Of a stretch of DNA of 64,000 bases, positions 33,230 to 43,636 are shown piece after piece. The DNA lies in NCBI GenBank assembly GCA_963705505.1, contig CAVPJU010000010.1, positions 288,001-352,000 of the forward strand, written 5' to 3'. The notes under the pieces were generated by a model. The model ran no database searches. It worked only from the letters and a program-made list of their open reading frames with translations, and had not been told where the DNA came from. The stretch is from an uncultured bacterium (lineage in GTDB: Bacteria; Desulfobacterota_D; UBA1144; Nemesobacterales; UBA2774). Numbering within the stretch: the first letter of the stretch is position 1; every line of letters begins with the position of its first letter. Made by a program: the position numbers and the translations under genes.

Positions 33230-34294
33230 ATGTCAAGAGTAATTTCAGTCGGCACAGCAGAAGTGGCACATGAGTTCAACCAGAGCGAGTTAAAAAAAAT
33301 CGCGCAGATCCTGTTATCTTCCAAAGGACACGATCCGGGCCGGATACTCGATGTATTCGACAACTCCCTGATCGAAAAGAGAGGCTTCGTACATCCCCTC
33401 GAGTGGTTTGAAAACGAAAAGAGCTTTAAGGAGCGCTCGGAGTCGTATCTTGCATCCTCGCTCACACTGTCCCTTTCCGCCCTCAAAGACTGCCTGGGCA
33501 GATACGGCGGCGACTTCAATGATTTCGACCACATTATATACGTTTCAAGCACAGGGGTCGCAACCCCTTCCATAGACGCTATCCTGGTAAACGAGTTAAG
33601 ACTGGACAACCATATGAAGCGCACCCCGATCTGGGGCCTCGGATGCGCGGGCGGGGCGGCGGGACTGAGCCGCGCGTTTGAATATACGAAGGCCTTTCCC
33701 AAGAGCGCGGCGCTTTTAATCGCTACGGAGATATGCAGCCTGGCTTTCCACGGTGACGACTACTCCAAGAGCAATATCGTTTCACTCGCTCTCTTTTCGG
33801 ACGGCGCCGCCGCGGTCATAGTGGCGGGAAAGGAAAACAAACTATACGGGCGCTCGAACCTGAGCCTCCTCGAATCCCTGTCGACGACGTATTACGACTC
33901 GCTCGATGTAATGGGCTGGGAAATCCTGAACGACGGCTTCAAAGCCATATTCAGCAAGGAGATCCCGGCCATAGTGAGAAAAAAAGTGCGGACGAATATA
34001 GAAGAGCTCATATCGAGTCACGGAATATCCGTCGAGGATTTAAAACACTACGTCGTCCATCCGGGAGGACCGAAAGTCCTGAGCGAGTACGAGGGGTCCC
34101 TGGGATTCGAGGAAGGGGCATTCGCATACTCCAGAAAGGTGTTGAGAGAGCACGGGAATATGTCATCCCCCACCGTGCTTTACGTATTGAAGGAATTCAT
34201 GGAAGGAGAACATCAGGGTAAAGACGAATACGGCATAATCTCCGCACTCGGACCCGGGTTCAGCTCGGAGCTCCTTTTGTTCAAGACGGAATGA
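33230..34294 (+). CDS. type III polyketide synthase (BpsA/SrsA-like)
   Basis: catalytic triad GLGCAGG, HPGG, GNMSS; LFSDGAAA; GPGF. Confidence 0.92.
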   Translation: MSRVISVGTAEVAHEFNQSELKKIAQILLSSKGHDPGRILDVFDNSLIEKRGFVHPLEWFENEKSFKERSESYLASSLTLSLSALKDCLGRYGGDFNDFDHIIYVSSTGVATPSIDAILVNELRLDNHMKRTPIWGLGCAGGAAGLSRAFEYTKAFPKSAALLIATEICSLAFHGDDYSKSNIVSLALFSDGAAAVIVAGKENKLYGRSNLSLLESLSTTYYDSLDVMGWEILNDGFKAIFSKEIPAIVRKKVRTNIEELISSHGISVEDLKHYVVHPGGPKVLSEYEGSLGFEEGAFAYSRKVLREHGNMSSPTVLYVLKEFMEGEHQGKDEYGIISALGPGFSSELLLFKTE

Positions 34295-34818
34295 AGATCT
34301 TTTGGCTCTTTCTGGCATTATTGGTGATACAGCGTATCTGTGAGCTTCTCCTCGCAAAGCGAAACGAAAGGATCGTCAGGAAAGAGGGAGCGATTGAGTA
34401 CGACAGCGGCGGATACAAAGTTATCGTCGCGATGCATGCCGCATTTTTCATATCGCTCGTATCCGAATACTCGCTCCTCGGAAAAACGCTCAATGACCGC
34501 TGGCCCGCTCTTATTGCAGTCTTCCTGCTTGCGCAGGCTCTCCGGTACTGGTCAATCTGCAGCCTGGGTAAATACTGGAACACGAAGGTGCTCGTCGTAC
34601 CAGGGGCCGGCGCGGTGACAAAAGGACCGTATAGGTATTTTAAGCACCCCAATTATCTGGCTGTCGTAATAGAGATCGCCGTAATCCCTCTCATCTTCTC
34701 ATGCTACATAACTTCGGCTCTGTTCAGCGTCCTCAATCTCATAGTCCTGAGACGGAGGATAAAAATCGAGGAGTCGGCTTTATCCGGGAAATCGACGGTC
34801 GGGGGAATCCGGACTTAA
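34291..34818 (+). CDS. isoprenylcysteine carboxyl methyltransferase family (BpsB/SrsB-like)
   Basis: LGKYWNT, GPYRYFKHPNY, RRIKIEE; ATGA overlap with the PKS. Confidence 0.9.
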   Translation: MKIFWLFLALLVIQRICELLLAKRNERIVRKEGAIEYDSGGYKVIVAMHAAFFISLVSEYSLLGKTLNDRWPALIAVFLLAQALRYWSICSLGKYWNTKVLVVPGAGAVTKGPYRYFKHPNYLAVVIEIAVIPLIFSCYITSALFSVLNLIVLRRRIKIEESALSGKSTVGGIRT

Positions 34819-35591
34819 GCTTCACTCCCTCCGGAACCAGTGTATTTACCACCGATTGTATTTTAAAAATAGATTTTATATACAGAGCCTGACAGATAAT
34901 GAATATATTTTACATATATAGTATATATAGATTTATTCCATATGCTTTTATTGCTTTTATATGCGTTCTATATAATAGAACCTGAGAAATCGATTATTTC
35001 ACCCATTTTTTCTTTAAGTTTTTCCTAAAAACTGACAATTTACATTAGGAGGGCGTTTTGCATTGATTTCAGCCGGTTAGTCCGGGTTCCTGGTCTTTAT
35101 CTTTAGAAGTTAAATCTTTAAAAATCAACAGCTAAAGATGCCAAATAATACTTAAACAAAGTTGTGAGGTATTATTATCCTATAATTATGATAGGATACA
35201 ATCAATACTTAAAGTCTCATATGATGACGAGCAGCAAATTCAAGTAACGGATTAAGCATCTTAAGCGAAGACCCGCGGGGATCTCCATGCGATAGATCGA
35301 AAAGCATCGAATTACCCCAATACGGCTCGATTGGTCCCGATGCAGCGAATTCGCTATTCTAAATATATTATATATACAGCAAATAAAAGACCCGGAGGAT
35401 TCCCGTATATCCCGGGCTCAGCCGTAAAGAGTGTTACCGCAATTTTTACCCTCCGGACACGACCCGGCGATTGCCCGGGGTATCGACTTAATCGTCCCCA
35501 CGTATGAAAAGCAGCTCCTTCTTGAACACCTCTCTCTCAATAGGATAGAATAAGGTCGTAGCAGGCACATTAAAAATTACGGGGGTGTTAT

Positions 35592-36029
35592 ATGGTAAGC
35601 TCAATATTCCGTACCAGTGACGATTTAGGTGCGTTTATAGCAAGAATCGCTCTCGGTATTGTGATACTTCCCCACGGCTTGCAAAAACTCCTGGGACTAT
35701 TCGGGGGCCCGGGTTTCTCGGGCACCGTCGATTACTTCGTGAGCAGCGGACTCCCCGCTTTCGTCGCAATTCTCATAATCATCGGAGAATCGTTCGGCGC
35801 TCTGGGTCTCATACTCGGGTTCCTCAGCAGGCTCGCGGCGCTCGGCATAACGATAATCATGCTCGGGGCAATCATTACCGTTCATCTCCAGAACGGCTTT
35901 TTCATGAACTGGGACGGAAGCAAGGCGGGGGAAGGTTTCGAATTTCATTTGTTAGCCATCGGCCTTGCGCTGATCGTGCTTATAAAAGGCGGAGGCATCT
36001 GGTCGGTTGACGGAGCGATTGTGAAGTAA
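35592..36029 (+). CDS. DoxX family membrane protein
   Basis: RIALG..ILPHGLQKL, GFFMNW, GEGFEFHLL, GGGIWSVD. Confidence 0.9.
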   Translation: MVSSIFRTSDDLGAFIARIALGIVILPHGLQKLLGLFGGPGFSGTVDYFVSSGLPAFVAILIIIGESFGALGLILGFLSRLAALGITIIMLGAIITVHLQNGFFMNWDGSKAGEGFEFHLLAIGLALIVLIKGGGIWSVDGAIVK

Positions 36030-36393
36030 TCCCGCTCATGGGACAGTTGTTTTTTTATTCGACGACATCCGGAATCTTAACCGTAATCTTGCGGACAGAG
36101 GGAACCTACATCATCTCCGTTATCTGTGTTTAGCATAAACCTTTGCGGGGATATTATCCGGACCCCAGGGAAATATTCCGTATCCCTATTCACTCTCATA
36201 TTCGCTCTGCGTTCTAAACGTATAACAACCCCGAACGGGCTCAAAAAGTCTTATAGTCATGAACCCGCACGGAGCAACGCAGTCTATAAATTGCTTAATT
36301 ATCCGCTCCGACCAGATATCCGAAATTCATAAATTCTAAATCATTTATTACCCCAACAGTTGATTTTACAAAACTACTCATATAAAATGAATT

Positions 36394-36415
36394 TTCGTAA
36401 TTATCTAATTACGAA
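36394..36415. promoter_or_regulatory. candidate ArsR operator
   Basis: perfect 10-2-10 inverted repeat TTCGTAATTA-TC-TAATTACGAA, 11 bp before the ArsR copy 2 start. Confidence 0.65.
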
Positions 36416-36426
36416 CCAGACGGGGG

Positions 36427-36693
36427 ATGAAAATGGGATGCAGTTTCAAAGCCATCAGCGATGAACGCAGAAGGATGATACTTAAAATATTGGGGAAAAG
36501 TGATGCCAGCGCGGGTGAAATAGCAAGCAAGTTCAACATATCACAACCCACTGTCTCGAACCATTTAAAAATCCTGAAAGAAGCGGGACTGATAAAAGAA
36601 CAGAAAATTAAACAGAACCGAATTTACTCTCTCAACAGAGACGAGCTCAAAAGAGTTATAGACATCCTGCGGGAATTGGCCGGGGAATTGTAA
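36427..36693 (+). CDS. ArsR/SmtB (SdpR-like) repressor, copy 2
   Basis: AISDERRRMIL, ISQPTVSNHLKILKEAGLI. Confidence 0.9.
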   Translation: MKMGCSFKAISDERRRMILKILGKSDASAGEIASKFNISQPTVSNHLKILKEAGLIKEQKIKQNRIYSLNRDELKRVIDILRELAGEL

Positions 36694-36993
36694 ATACGTC
36701 GAGCCCCGGTCCGGCAATCGATGACTCCAACAATAATTAATCATCATCGGCGCCGATTCCAGTCATACAAAAAAACGAACCATGTAGTCCATCGATTCGG
36801 CAAACACAGGGACACGGGCCCGTGAAGGTCGTTTATTTTTTGATGACACACGGATCATCGGCGCCCGCCCTTCCCTCCCCCCGGACTGATTCCTAAATTT
36901 GTCCGCATGGGTTATACTGATGTTGTCTTTTTGAGTACCTATTAATATATAATTTATAATCCGACTAAATGAACAGAAAGCCGGGAGCTTTTT

Positions 36994-38169
36994 ATGATTA
37001 ATACCGAAAGAATGACAGAGCATGTAATGGATCTCATCAGGATCGACAGCCCTTCAAAAAGGGAAAAGGATGTGGCAATCAGGCTCGAGAAAGAAATGAA
37101 AGAGCTTGGGGCGGAATGTTTCTACGACGATGCGGGGGACAAGGTAAACGGGAACGTAGGGAACCTTATCGTAAAGCTCAAGGGGAACAGGTCAGGCGTC
37201 CCGCCCTTTTTTCTTTCCGCCCACATGGACACGGTAGGACCGGGGGAAGGCATTAAACCGAGGATCGCAGAGGGCATCATCAAAAGTGACGGGACCACGA
37301 TTCTCGGAAGCGACGACAAGAGCGGCGTCGCCGTGATAGTCGAGGTTCTGAGAACGCTCAAGGAAAGGGACATTCCCCATGCCGATATCGAAGTCGCATT
37401 TACGATATGTGAGGAGATCGGGCTTCTGGGCGCAAAGTTTATAGACATATCGAAATTCGATTCCAGATACGGGATCGTGCTCGACAGCAGCACGCCTTCC
37501 CGCCTCGTCCTGAGATGCCCCTCGGCCGTTAAGCTCGAATTCACGGTGCACGGTCTCGAAGCGCATGCGGGCGTGTGCCCGGAAAACGGGCTCAGCGCTA
37601 TCAAGATCGCGAGCGAGGCAATATCACAGATGAAGCTAGGCAGGATAGACGAAATCACGACTGCCAATATAGGCATAATTCAGGGCGGCAGGGCGACAAA
37701 CATTATTCCCAATCTGGTGAGAGTGGTCGGAGAAGCGAGGAGCCACAGCGAGGAGGCGCTTAAAGCCCAGGTGGACCACATGAGAAAGTGCTTCCATGAC
37801 ACCGTATCCGGATACGAGGTTACGATACACGACGACCTATCGCTCGAGGGTACGACACGCGTTGCGACGCTCGAGGAGAAAATAGAACGCAGCTACGACA
37901 GGATGGACGTATCGCCCGAATCGATACCCGCGCGCCTCGTCGAAACGGCTGTCGGGAATTTGGGGCATAACATAAAGCACCACACGAGCGGAGGGGGTTG
38001 CGACGCAAACTACTTCAACAAAATGGGGATAAAGTGCGTAAACCTTGGAACAGGGATGTACGAGCTCCACACAGTGAACGAATACCTGGTGCTCGAGGAA
38101 TTTTACCGCTGCGCTGAAATAGTTCTGGAATCCCTGAAATTAAACGCAGTCAGCCCACTGAAAGCATAG
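36994..38169 (+). CDS. M20B peptidase T-like metallopeptidase
   Basis: AHMDTV, LGSDDKSG, CEEIGL, GGGCDAN, HTVNE. Confidence 0.9.
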   Translation: MINTERMTEHVMDLIRIDSPSKREKDVAIRLEKEMKELGAECFYDDAGDKVNGNVGNLIVKLKGNRSGVPPFFLSAHMDTVGPGEGIKPRIAEGIIKSDGTTILGSDDKSGVAVIVEVLRTLKERDIPHADIEVAFTICEEIGLLGAKFIDISKFDSRYGIVLDSSTPSRLVLRCPSAVKLEFTVHGLEAHAGVCPENGLSAIKIASEAISQMKLGRIDEITTANIGIIQGGRATNIIPNLVRVVGEARSHSEEALKAQVDHMRKCFHDTVSGYEVTIHDDLSLEGTTRVATLEEKIERSYDRMDVSPESIPARLVETAVGNLGHNIKHHTSGGGCDANYFNKMGIKCVNLGTGMYELHTVNEYLVLEEFYRCAEIVLESLKLNAVSPLKA

Positions 38170-38229
38170 TATCCGAAATCGAATAACACTTATAGGACGG
38201 CCCCTCCTGTAAAAACCGATAAGAACGAA

Positions 38230-38610
38230 ATGAGGAAGAAAGCCTTAATTATAGTAGATCACGGCAGCACGGTAGAGGAAGCGAACGAGACGCTCGCCGA
38301 AGTCACCAAACTGTTAAAATCGGACGAGAAATGCGGCTTCGATATAATCCGCTTCTGCCACATGGAGCTTGCAGAGCCTACCGTCTCACAGGCGTTTGAC
38401 GAGTGCGTCGCGGAGGGCGCGAGCCACATCGTGGTGCACCCTTTTTTCCTCGTCCCTGGAAAACACTCCAAACAGGACATACCCAGAATGGTCGCGGAGG
38501 CCGCGAGCAAGCATAAGGGCGTGAGCCACTACGTAACCGAGCCCCTGGGGGTCCATCAAAAGATAATCGAAGTCGTGCTCGAAAGAGCAAACAGCAAGAA
38601 CCGGCCGTAA
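38230..38610 (+). CDS. single-domain CbiX/SirB-type sirohydrochlorin chelatase
   Basis: VDHGS, MELAEP, PFFLVPGKH..QDIP, EPLG. Confidence 0.85.
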   Translation: MRKKALIIVDHGSTVEEANETLAEVTKLLKSDEKCGFDIIRFCHMELAEPTVSQAFDECVAEGASHIVVHPFFLVPGKHSKQDIPRMVAEAASKHKGVSHYVTEPLGVHQKIIEVVLERANSKNRP

Positions 38611-38677
38611 AATTAAACTGATTCCGGACACCCGCCTCAATTAATTTGAAGACAGACGGGCGATTTAAAGCCAAGAC

Positions 38678-39448
38678 ATGAGAAAATACACGACCGTCAT
38701 ATTCGACCTCTTCGATACGATCGTCAACTTCAATTTCGGTCACCTGCCGGCAATCGATGTAAACGGGGTAAGGTCGAGGACTACGAGCAGTGAGGTATAT
38801 TCAGTCTTTAAGAGATACCATCCCGATATCCCGTTCGAAGAGTTCTATCCCTTTTTTATAGAGAGCTATCACCTGTTTCAGGAGATGAAACTAAGAGAAT
38901 ACAGAGAGTACCCCAACCGCGACAGGTTCATACTGATGCTCAGCAATATGAATATCGGGCCTGATGAGAACACGGGGCGCCTCGCCGACGAAATGGTCAC
39001 GGCACACATGGAGGGTCTTGCGAGCGCAGTTGAATTCCCCGAAGAGAACGAAAAGACTCTCGAAAATCTGAGAGACAAAGGGTACCGGATGGCCGTAATC
39101 TCAAATTTCGATTACGCCCCGACCGCTCATTTCCTCATAGACAAGTTCCGTATAAGGCGGTTTTTCGAACAAATAGTAATCTCGGAAGAAGTAGGGTGGA
39201 GAAAGCCAAATCCGATAATTTTCACGAGCGCTCTGGAGCTCCTCGAAATAAGTCCCGGAGAAGCCCTCCTGGTGGGCGATAATTTTAAGGCGGATGTGGC
39301 GGGAGCCAAGGGTGTGGGAATAGACGCCGTCTGGCTGAGCAATAAAAACCATGCGCCGGAAGACCTGTGCCCCGAACCCGATTATATTATCCGGGCGCTT
39401 CCCGACATTAGGGAAATCCTCCCGGAAGTCAGAAAATCTTCCCGCTGA
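38678..39448 (+). CDS. HAD family hydrolase
   Basis: FDLFDT, ISN, KPNPIIF, VGDNFKADVAGA. Confidence 0.9.
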   Translation: MRKYTTVIFDLFDTIVNFNFGHLPAIDVNGVRSRTTSSEVYSVFKRYHPDIPFEEFYPFFIESYHLFQEMKLREYREYPNRDRFILMLSNMNIGPDENTGRLADEMVTAHMEGLASAVEFPEENEKTLENLRDKGYRMAVISNFDYAPTAHFLIDKFRIRRFFEQIVISEEVGWRKPNPIIFTSALELLEISPGEALLVGDNFKADVAGAKGVGIDAVWLSNKNHAPEDLCPEPDYIIRALPDIREILPEVRKSSR

Positions 39449-39463
39449 AGATCGCCGGGTCAT

Positions 39464-39500
39464 AAAAAAAGGAGCCCTGAGTTCATAACTCAAAGCTCCT
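39464..39500 (-). terminator. intrinsic terminator of the VWA gene
   Basis: GGAGCTTTGAGTT-ATG-AACTCAGGGCTCC followed by T7 on the minus strand. Confidence 0.8.
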
Positions 39501-39589
39501 TGGTCTTATCGTTCAGATTCGTCTATCTTTTTAAAAGCCCGCTACAACGTGCCGCTGCTCCTTAGGCCCGCACGCTGTTCACAGACTCT

Positions 39590-41053
39590 TCATTCGAGAG
39601 TGACGTTCAAGTCGTACTTCAGGGCCGAAGACTTGTCCGGATAGCTCGCCGGCTCCACGAGAATGTAAACGACCTCCTGATCTTCGGTAGCCGACCATGA
39701 GAGTCTCGTTATTGCTCCCGCGTTCGCCGAGGACTTCTGCGCTACAATTACACGGTCCTGATCGAGTATGGTCAGGTTAAACCCTGTGTCCGTAGCCGGC
39801 GTCACTTTGACGCTCAGCTTCTGCTCGGCTTTCATCGGGACCGTATAGTAGTCCTTCTTGTCGTAGCCCCATGTCCCGGACAGGTATCCGGCGTATTTCC
39901 CCGGTTCCATTTCCATAGCCTTGTCGAATATATCCCCGGCGTCCGTCGTGCTGCCTATATCGAAATTGTCCTCGACCTTCACGTAGTATGCCGTGCCCAC
40001 AGGGGTGGGATCGTACTCGTTCCCCGCGCTGAAATAGTAAGTGTATTCGTCTTTCTCCGAATTCGTTGACCAGCTTACGGTCTTGAGCGTGCCCTCGCTG
40101 CCTATAATATTCTCGTGAACGACGAGGTTCCCCGCTTCGTTATAAATACCGACCCCGGCGTACGGGTTCTCGCTATCCGGCGTCCGTACTCCTGCGCTAA
40201 GCGTCTGTCCCGCTTTCAGCTTGACCGAGTAATACTCCCTCGCATTTTTGGCTATCGCGTGGTCAGTCGTATAATCCCCCGGTTCTACAGGAACTGCGGT
40301 TTCCGGCCTGTCTCCGCCTTTCGGAAGAGCCTTCAATTTGGAGACGGGCGCTTCTCCGGCTCCCTCGGCTTTCGCAACGACCTCCTCCTTCACCTCGGTC
40401 AATGCCTTTTTCAGCTGATCGGCGTTGTTCGCGGTGTAATACCTCCCTCCGCCGGCTTCAGCGATACAGCTGAGCTGCTCTTTTTCCTTCTGACCCACGT
40501 CAAAACCGACGACGTGCACCTTTACGTTGATACCCTTCTCCCTTAAATCTTTTATATAAGTGCATGCGTTCCCTTCGCAGGTCTCTTCCCCGTCGCTCAC
40601 CAGTATGATCGTCGTCTCTTCCTCGGTGGAGCCGAGCTTCTGTGCGGCCATCTCGAGCGATTTCGCGATCGGGGTCTTTCCCTTGGGCTGTATCGAGTTT
40701 ATCTTGTCTATGAGCGCCTGCTTGTTTATCGCTCCCACGTCCACCATAGTCTCTATATCGTTGCAATCCCCTTTGCTCCTGTGCCCGTAAACCTCGAGAC
40801 CCACGTTCACGTTGTCGGGCAGTCCGTCGATTAAATCGGCCATGACCGCCTTCGCGACGTCCATCTTGGATTTCCCGTCAACCTGTCCGGCCATACTGCC
40901 CGAAGCGTCCAGAATAAATAGAATATTCGCACCCGACGCACCTCCCCCGGTCGCCGCATGCGAAATACCGGCGGTGTGGATCGTGAATAATATCAATGCC
41001 GAAAAAAGAATCCGGAATGTAAATTTTGAAAGCCCTGCCCTTAAGCTACCCAT
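39590..41053 (-). CDS. exported VWA-domain protein with two C-terminal beta-sandwich repeats
   Basis: signal peptide ending SHA, MIDAS DASGSM, TP, SDGEETC; AAGGAGG RBS before ATG 41053. Confidence 0.85.
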   Translation of the reverse strand: MGSLRAGLSKFTFRILFSALILFTIHTAGISHAATGGGASGANILFILDASGSMAGQVDGKSKMDVAKAVMADLIDGLPDNVNVGLEVYGHRSKGDCNDIETMVDVGAINKQALIDKINSIQPKGKTPIAKSLEMAAQKLGSTEEETTIILVSDGEETCEGNACTYIKDLREKGINVKVHVVGFDVGQKEKEQLSCIAEAGGGRYYTANNADQLKKALTEVKEEVVAKAEGAGEAPVSKLKALPKGGDRPETAVPVEPGDYTTDHAIAKNAREYYSVKLKAGQTLSAGVRTPDSENPYAGVGIYNEAGNLVVHENIIGSEGTLKTVSWSTNSEKDEYTYYFSAGNEYDPTPVGTAYYVKVEDNFDIGSTTDAGDIFDKAMEMEPGKYAGYLSGTWGYDKKDYYTVPMKAEQKLSVKVTPATDTGFNLTILDQDRVIVAQKSSANAGAITRLSWSATEDQEVVYILVEPASYPDKSSALKYDLNVTLE

Positions 41054-41359
41054 CGTAACTTTTCCTCCTTTATGTCGGTGAAAATCACATATATGACGAG
41101 GTATAGGTTTATTTTGATAAAATGTCAATAGACGCAATGAGTTTTATGCAGTGATTATAGTGGCTTGGCTTTGTTAATATCCATTCCGTCATAAAAACCT
41201 GCCGCAGCCGGTCACCGGCAGATGCCGAATTCAGGACGAATTCCTTGTATCAGGCTCCCGGTTATATATATACTTTCACTCATTTTATCCGCCGGATTTC
41301 ATTAACTTTGTTGTTTTTGTCGTCTATTGATAAATTACCGACTCAAGGAGATTCGACCG

Positions 41360-41686
41360 ATGATTACCGTTGTTCTTCTTATTTTTTCCAACATCTTTAT
41401 GACCTTCGCCTGGTACGGGCACCTCAAATTCAGGTACCTCCCCCTCTGGGAAGTGGTACTAATAAGCTGGCTCATAGCTTTTGCCGAATACTGTTTCCAG
41501 GTCCCCGCCAACAGGTGGGGCTACGGGCAGTTCACCGCGGTACAGCTAAAGACGATTCAGGAGATAATTTCGCTGACCGTTTTTTCCTTCTTCAGCGTCC
41601 TATACCTTAACGAGCAGATTAGATGGAACTATATACTGGGCTTCGCTTTTCTCGTGGCCGGGGCCTATTTTATATTCAAAAAATGA
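41360..41686 (+). CDS. DMT family small membrane protein (DUF486-like)
   Basis: SNIFMTFAWYGHL, EYCFQVPANR, QLKTIQE. Confidence 0.88.
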   Translation: MITVVLLIFSNIFMTFAWYGHLKFRYLPLWEVVLISWLIAFAEYCFQVPANRWGYGQFTAVQLKTIQEIISLTVFSFFSVLYLNEQIRWNYILGFAFLVAGAYFIFKK

Positions 41687-41773
41687 CTCGGATATAACAG
41701 AACCGATTGAACCGATAACACGTTTCGAAGTAGAATTGACGGAAGAGGGATCAGCCCATCCGATAGAGAGTTC

Positions 41774-43459
41774 ATGAAGAAATATACAAAGCCGTCAAAA
41801 AAAATCCCCACATTCAGAGAGAGCCTGGGAATAAATACGCTTCCCGAGCTCGTCGAATTCAGCACGGACAAGTACGGCGATAACATCGCGTACCGCACCC
41901 CGAGAGAAAACGCCATTTACCGGCTCACTTACGGCCAGGTGCTGGACCGTGTAAAGAAACTGGCCAGATACCTGAGAGAGCTCGGTGTGGAAAAAGGGGA
42001 CCATGTCGCGATCCTCGGGGAGAACAGACCCGAGTGGGGCATATCCCTATTTGCCGTCTCCTGGATAGGGGCCGTGGCCATTCCGCTCGACGCGAGGGCC
42101 CCCCTCGATAACAATAAATTCATTCTGTCGTTCTCGTCCGTAAAAGCAATAATCGTATCGGGCTCATACTACACAGGCATCCAGTCGGTCGCCCATGAGC
42201 TGAAGGACTTGAGACACATAATCCCCATGGACAATATCGAAGACATTTGCGGCAGATACGCCTCAGGGGCGGGAATGGAGAACATAGACCCCGACAGCCT
42301 CCTCGAAATACTCTTTACCTCGGGCACGACCGGGGACCCGAAGGGGGTAATGCTGAGTCACCGGAATATAATGTCGAACGTCGACGATATTCACATGACT
42401 ATAAATTACAACTCCCGGGACAGGGCGTTTTCCATTCTTCCGGTCCACCATTCCTATGAATGCACGGGGGGGCTTATCGCGACCTACGGCAGCGGGATGA
42501 GCGTTTTTTACGGGAGGGGATTAAAACCGAGGGAGCTCCTTCAGGATTTAAAGCTCGCTAAACCGACAATCTGGCTGAGCGCGCCGCTGATACTGGAAAA
42601 GCTTTATCTCAGGATACATAAAGAGGCGTCGGGACAAACGGGAATCAAAGGGTTTATAACGAACCTGATTCCGAAAAATTTAATCAGGAGGAAAATAAGA
42701 CAGAGCCTGGGCTTTGACGATATGAGGCTCATCATATCGGGGGGCGCGGCGCTTCCCGGATGGATATCCGAGGGTCTATATGATTACGGGCTCGAGGTGA
42801 TTCAGGGCTACGGTCTATCCGAGGCTTCGCCCCTCATTACGGTGAACCCGCCTTCAAGCCCGAAGACCGGGAGCATCGGGATGGTAATACCAAGCAACGA
42901 TGTCGAGATCAGGGACATCGACAGCGAGGGCAACGGGGAAATAGCTGCCAGAGGGCCCAATATAATGATCGGGTATTACAAAAACAGATCGGCTACCGAA
43001 GAGACGATCACCGGCGACGGGTGGCTTCTCACGGGCGACATAGGCTACTTCGACGAAGACGGATACCTCTACATAACGGGGAGGAAGAAATTCGTTATAG
43101 TCACGAGGGGAGGCAAGAATGTTTTTCCGGAGGAGATCGAGGAAAAATTGACGAAGTCTCCGCTCATCGAAGAGGCCCTCGTGTTCAGCCCCGATGATGC
43201 GAGCATTCAGGCGCTCCTTTACCCGCAGATGGACGAAGCTGCGATAAAGCTCGGGCAAATCGGCGAGCCGGTAACGCCAGAGAATATATGGGAGCTCCTG
43301 CGGGACGAAGTCAGGAAGACAAACCGGGAGCTAGAGGCCTACAAGAAGATCAGGCACTTCGCCGTCAAGCTCGAAGAGTTCCCAAAAACCACTACGCGCA
43401 AAATTAAACGTTATCTTTTCAAAGACTTAAATCTGACACAGGACACGAAGATATATTAA
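41774..43459 (+). CDS. long-chain fatty acid-CoA ligase (AMP-binding)
   Basis: FTSGTTGDPKG, QGYGLSE, TGDIG, GRKK, GKNVFPEEIE. Confidence 0.9.
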   Translation: MKKYTKPSKKIPTFRESLGINTLPELVEFSTDKYGDNIAYRTPRENAIYRLTYGQVLDRVKKLARYLRELGVEKGDHVAILGENRPEWGISLFAVSWIGAVAIPLDARAPLDNNKFILSFSSVKAIIVSGSYYTGIQSVAHELKDLRHIIPMDNIEDICGRYASGAGMENIDPDSLLEILFTSGTTGDPKGVMLSHRNIMSNVDDIHMTINYNSRDRAFSILPVHHSYECTGGLIATYGSGMSVFYGRGLKPRELLQDLKLAKPTIWLSAPLILEKLYLRIHKEASGQTGIKGFITNLIPKNLIRRKIRQSLGFDDMRLIISGGAALPGWISEGLYDYGLEVIQGYGLSEASPLITVNPPSSPKTGSIGMVIPSNDVEIRDIDSEGNGEIAARGPNIMIGYYKNRSATEETITGDGWLLTGDIGYFDEDGYLYITGRKKFVIVTRGGKNVFPEEIEEKLTKSPLIEEALVFSPDDASIQALLYPQMDEAAIKLGQIGEPVTPENIWELLRDEVRKTNRELEAYKKIRHFAVKLEEFPKTTTRKIKRYLFKDLNLTQDTKIY

Positions 43460-43636
43460 TGGCCCCCTGAAATTTATACTATACGGGATAGCCATAATAT
43501 AAGTTTGGTATTATAATAAGTGTGCCGAATAGACTGAAAATTTGTTAACTTAGACCGAAATTTCAGCTATTATTGATGAAGCGGGGTTATGTAATATCGG
43601 CTGAGAAAAAACTCAGCTTAAATCTGATAATCCGAT

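Noticed and set aside
34907..34934. dif-like site (ATATGTAAAAT arm on the minus strand)
   Set aside because: XerC arm does not fit and the sequence is low-complexity TA repeat
36719..36865. two GATGAC...ATCATCGGCGCC units about 110 bp apart
   Set aside because: only two 12-bp copies with unequal interiors; not an array and could be chance
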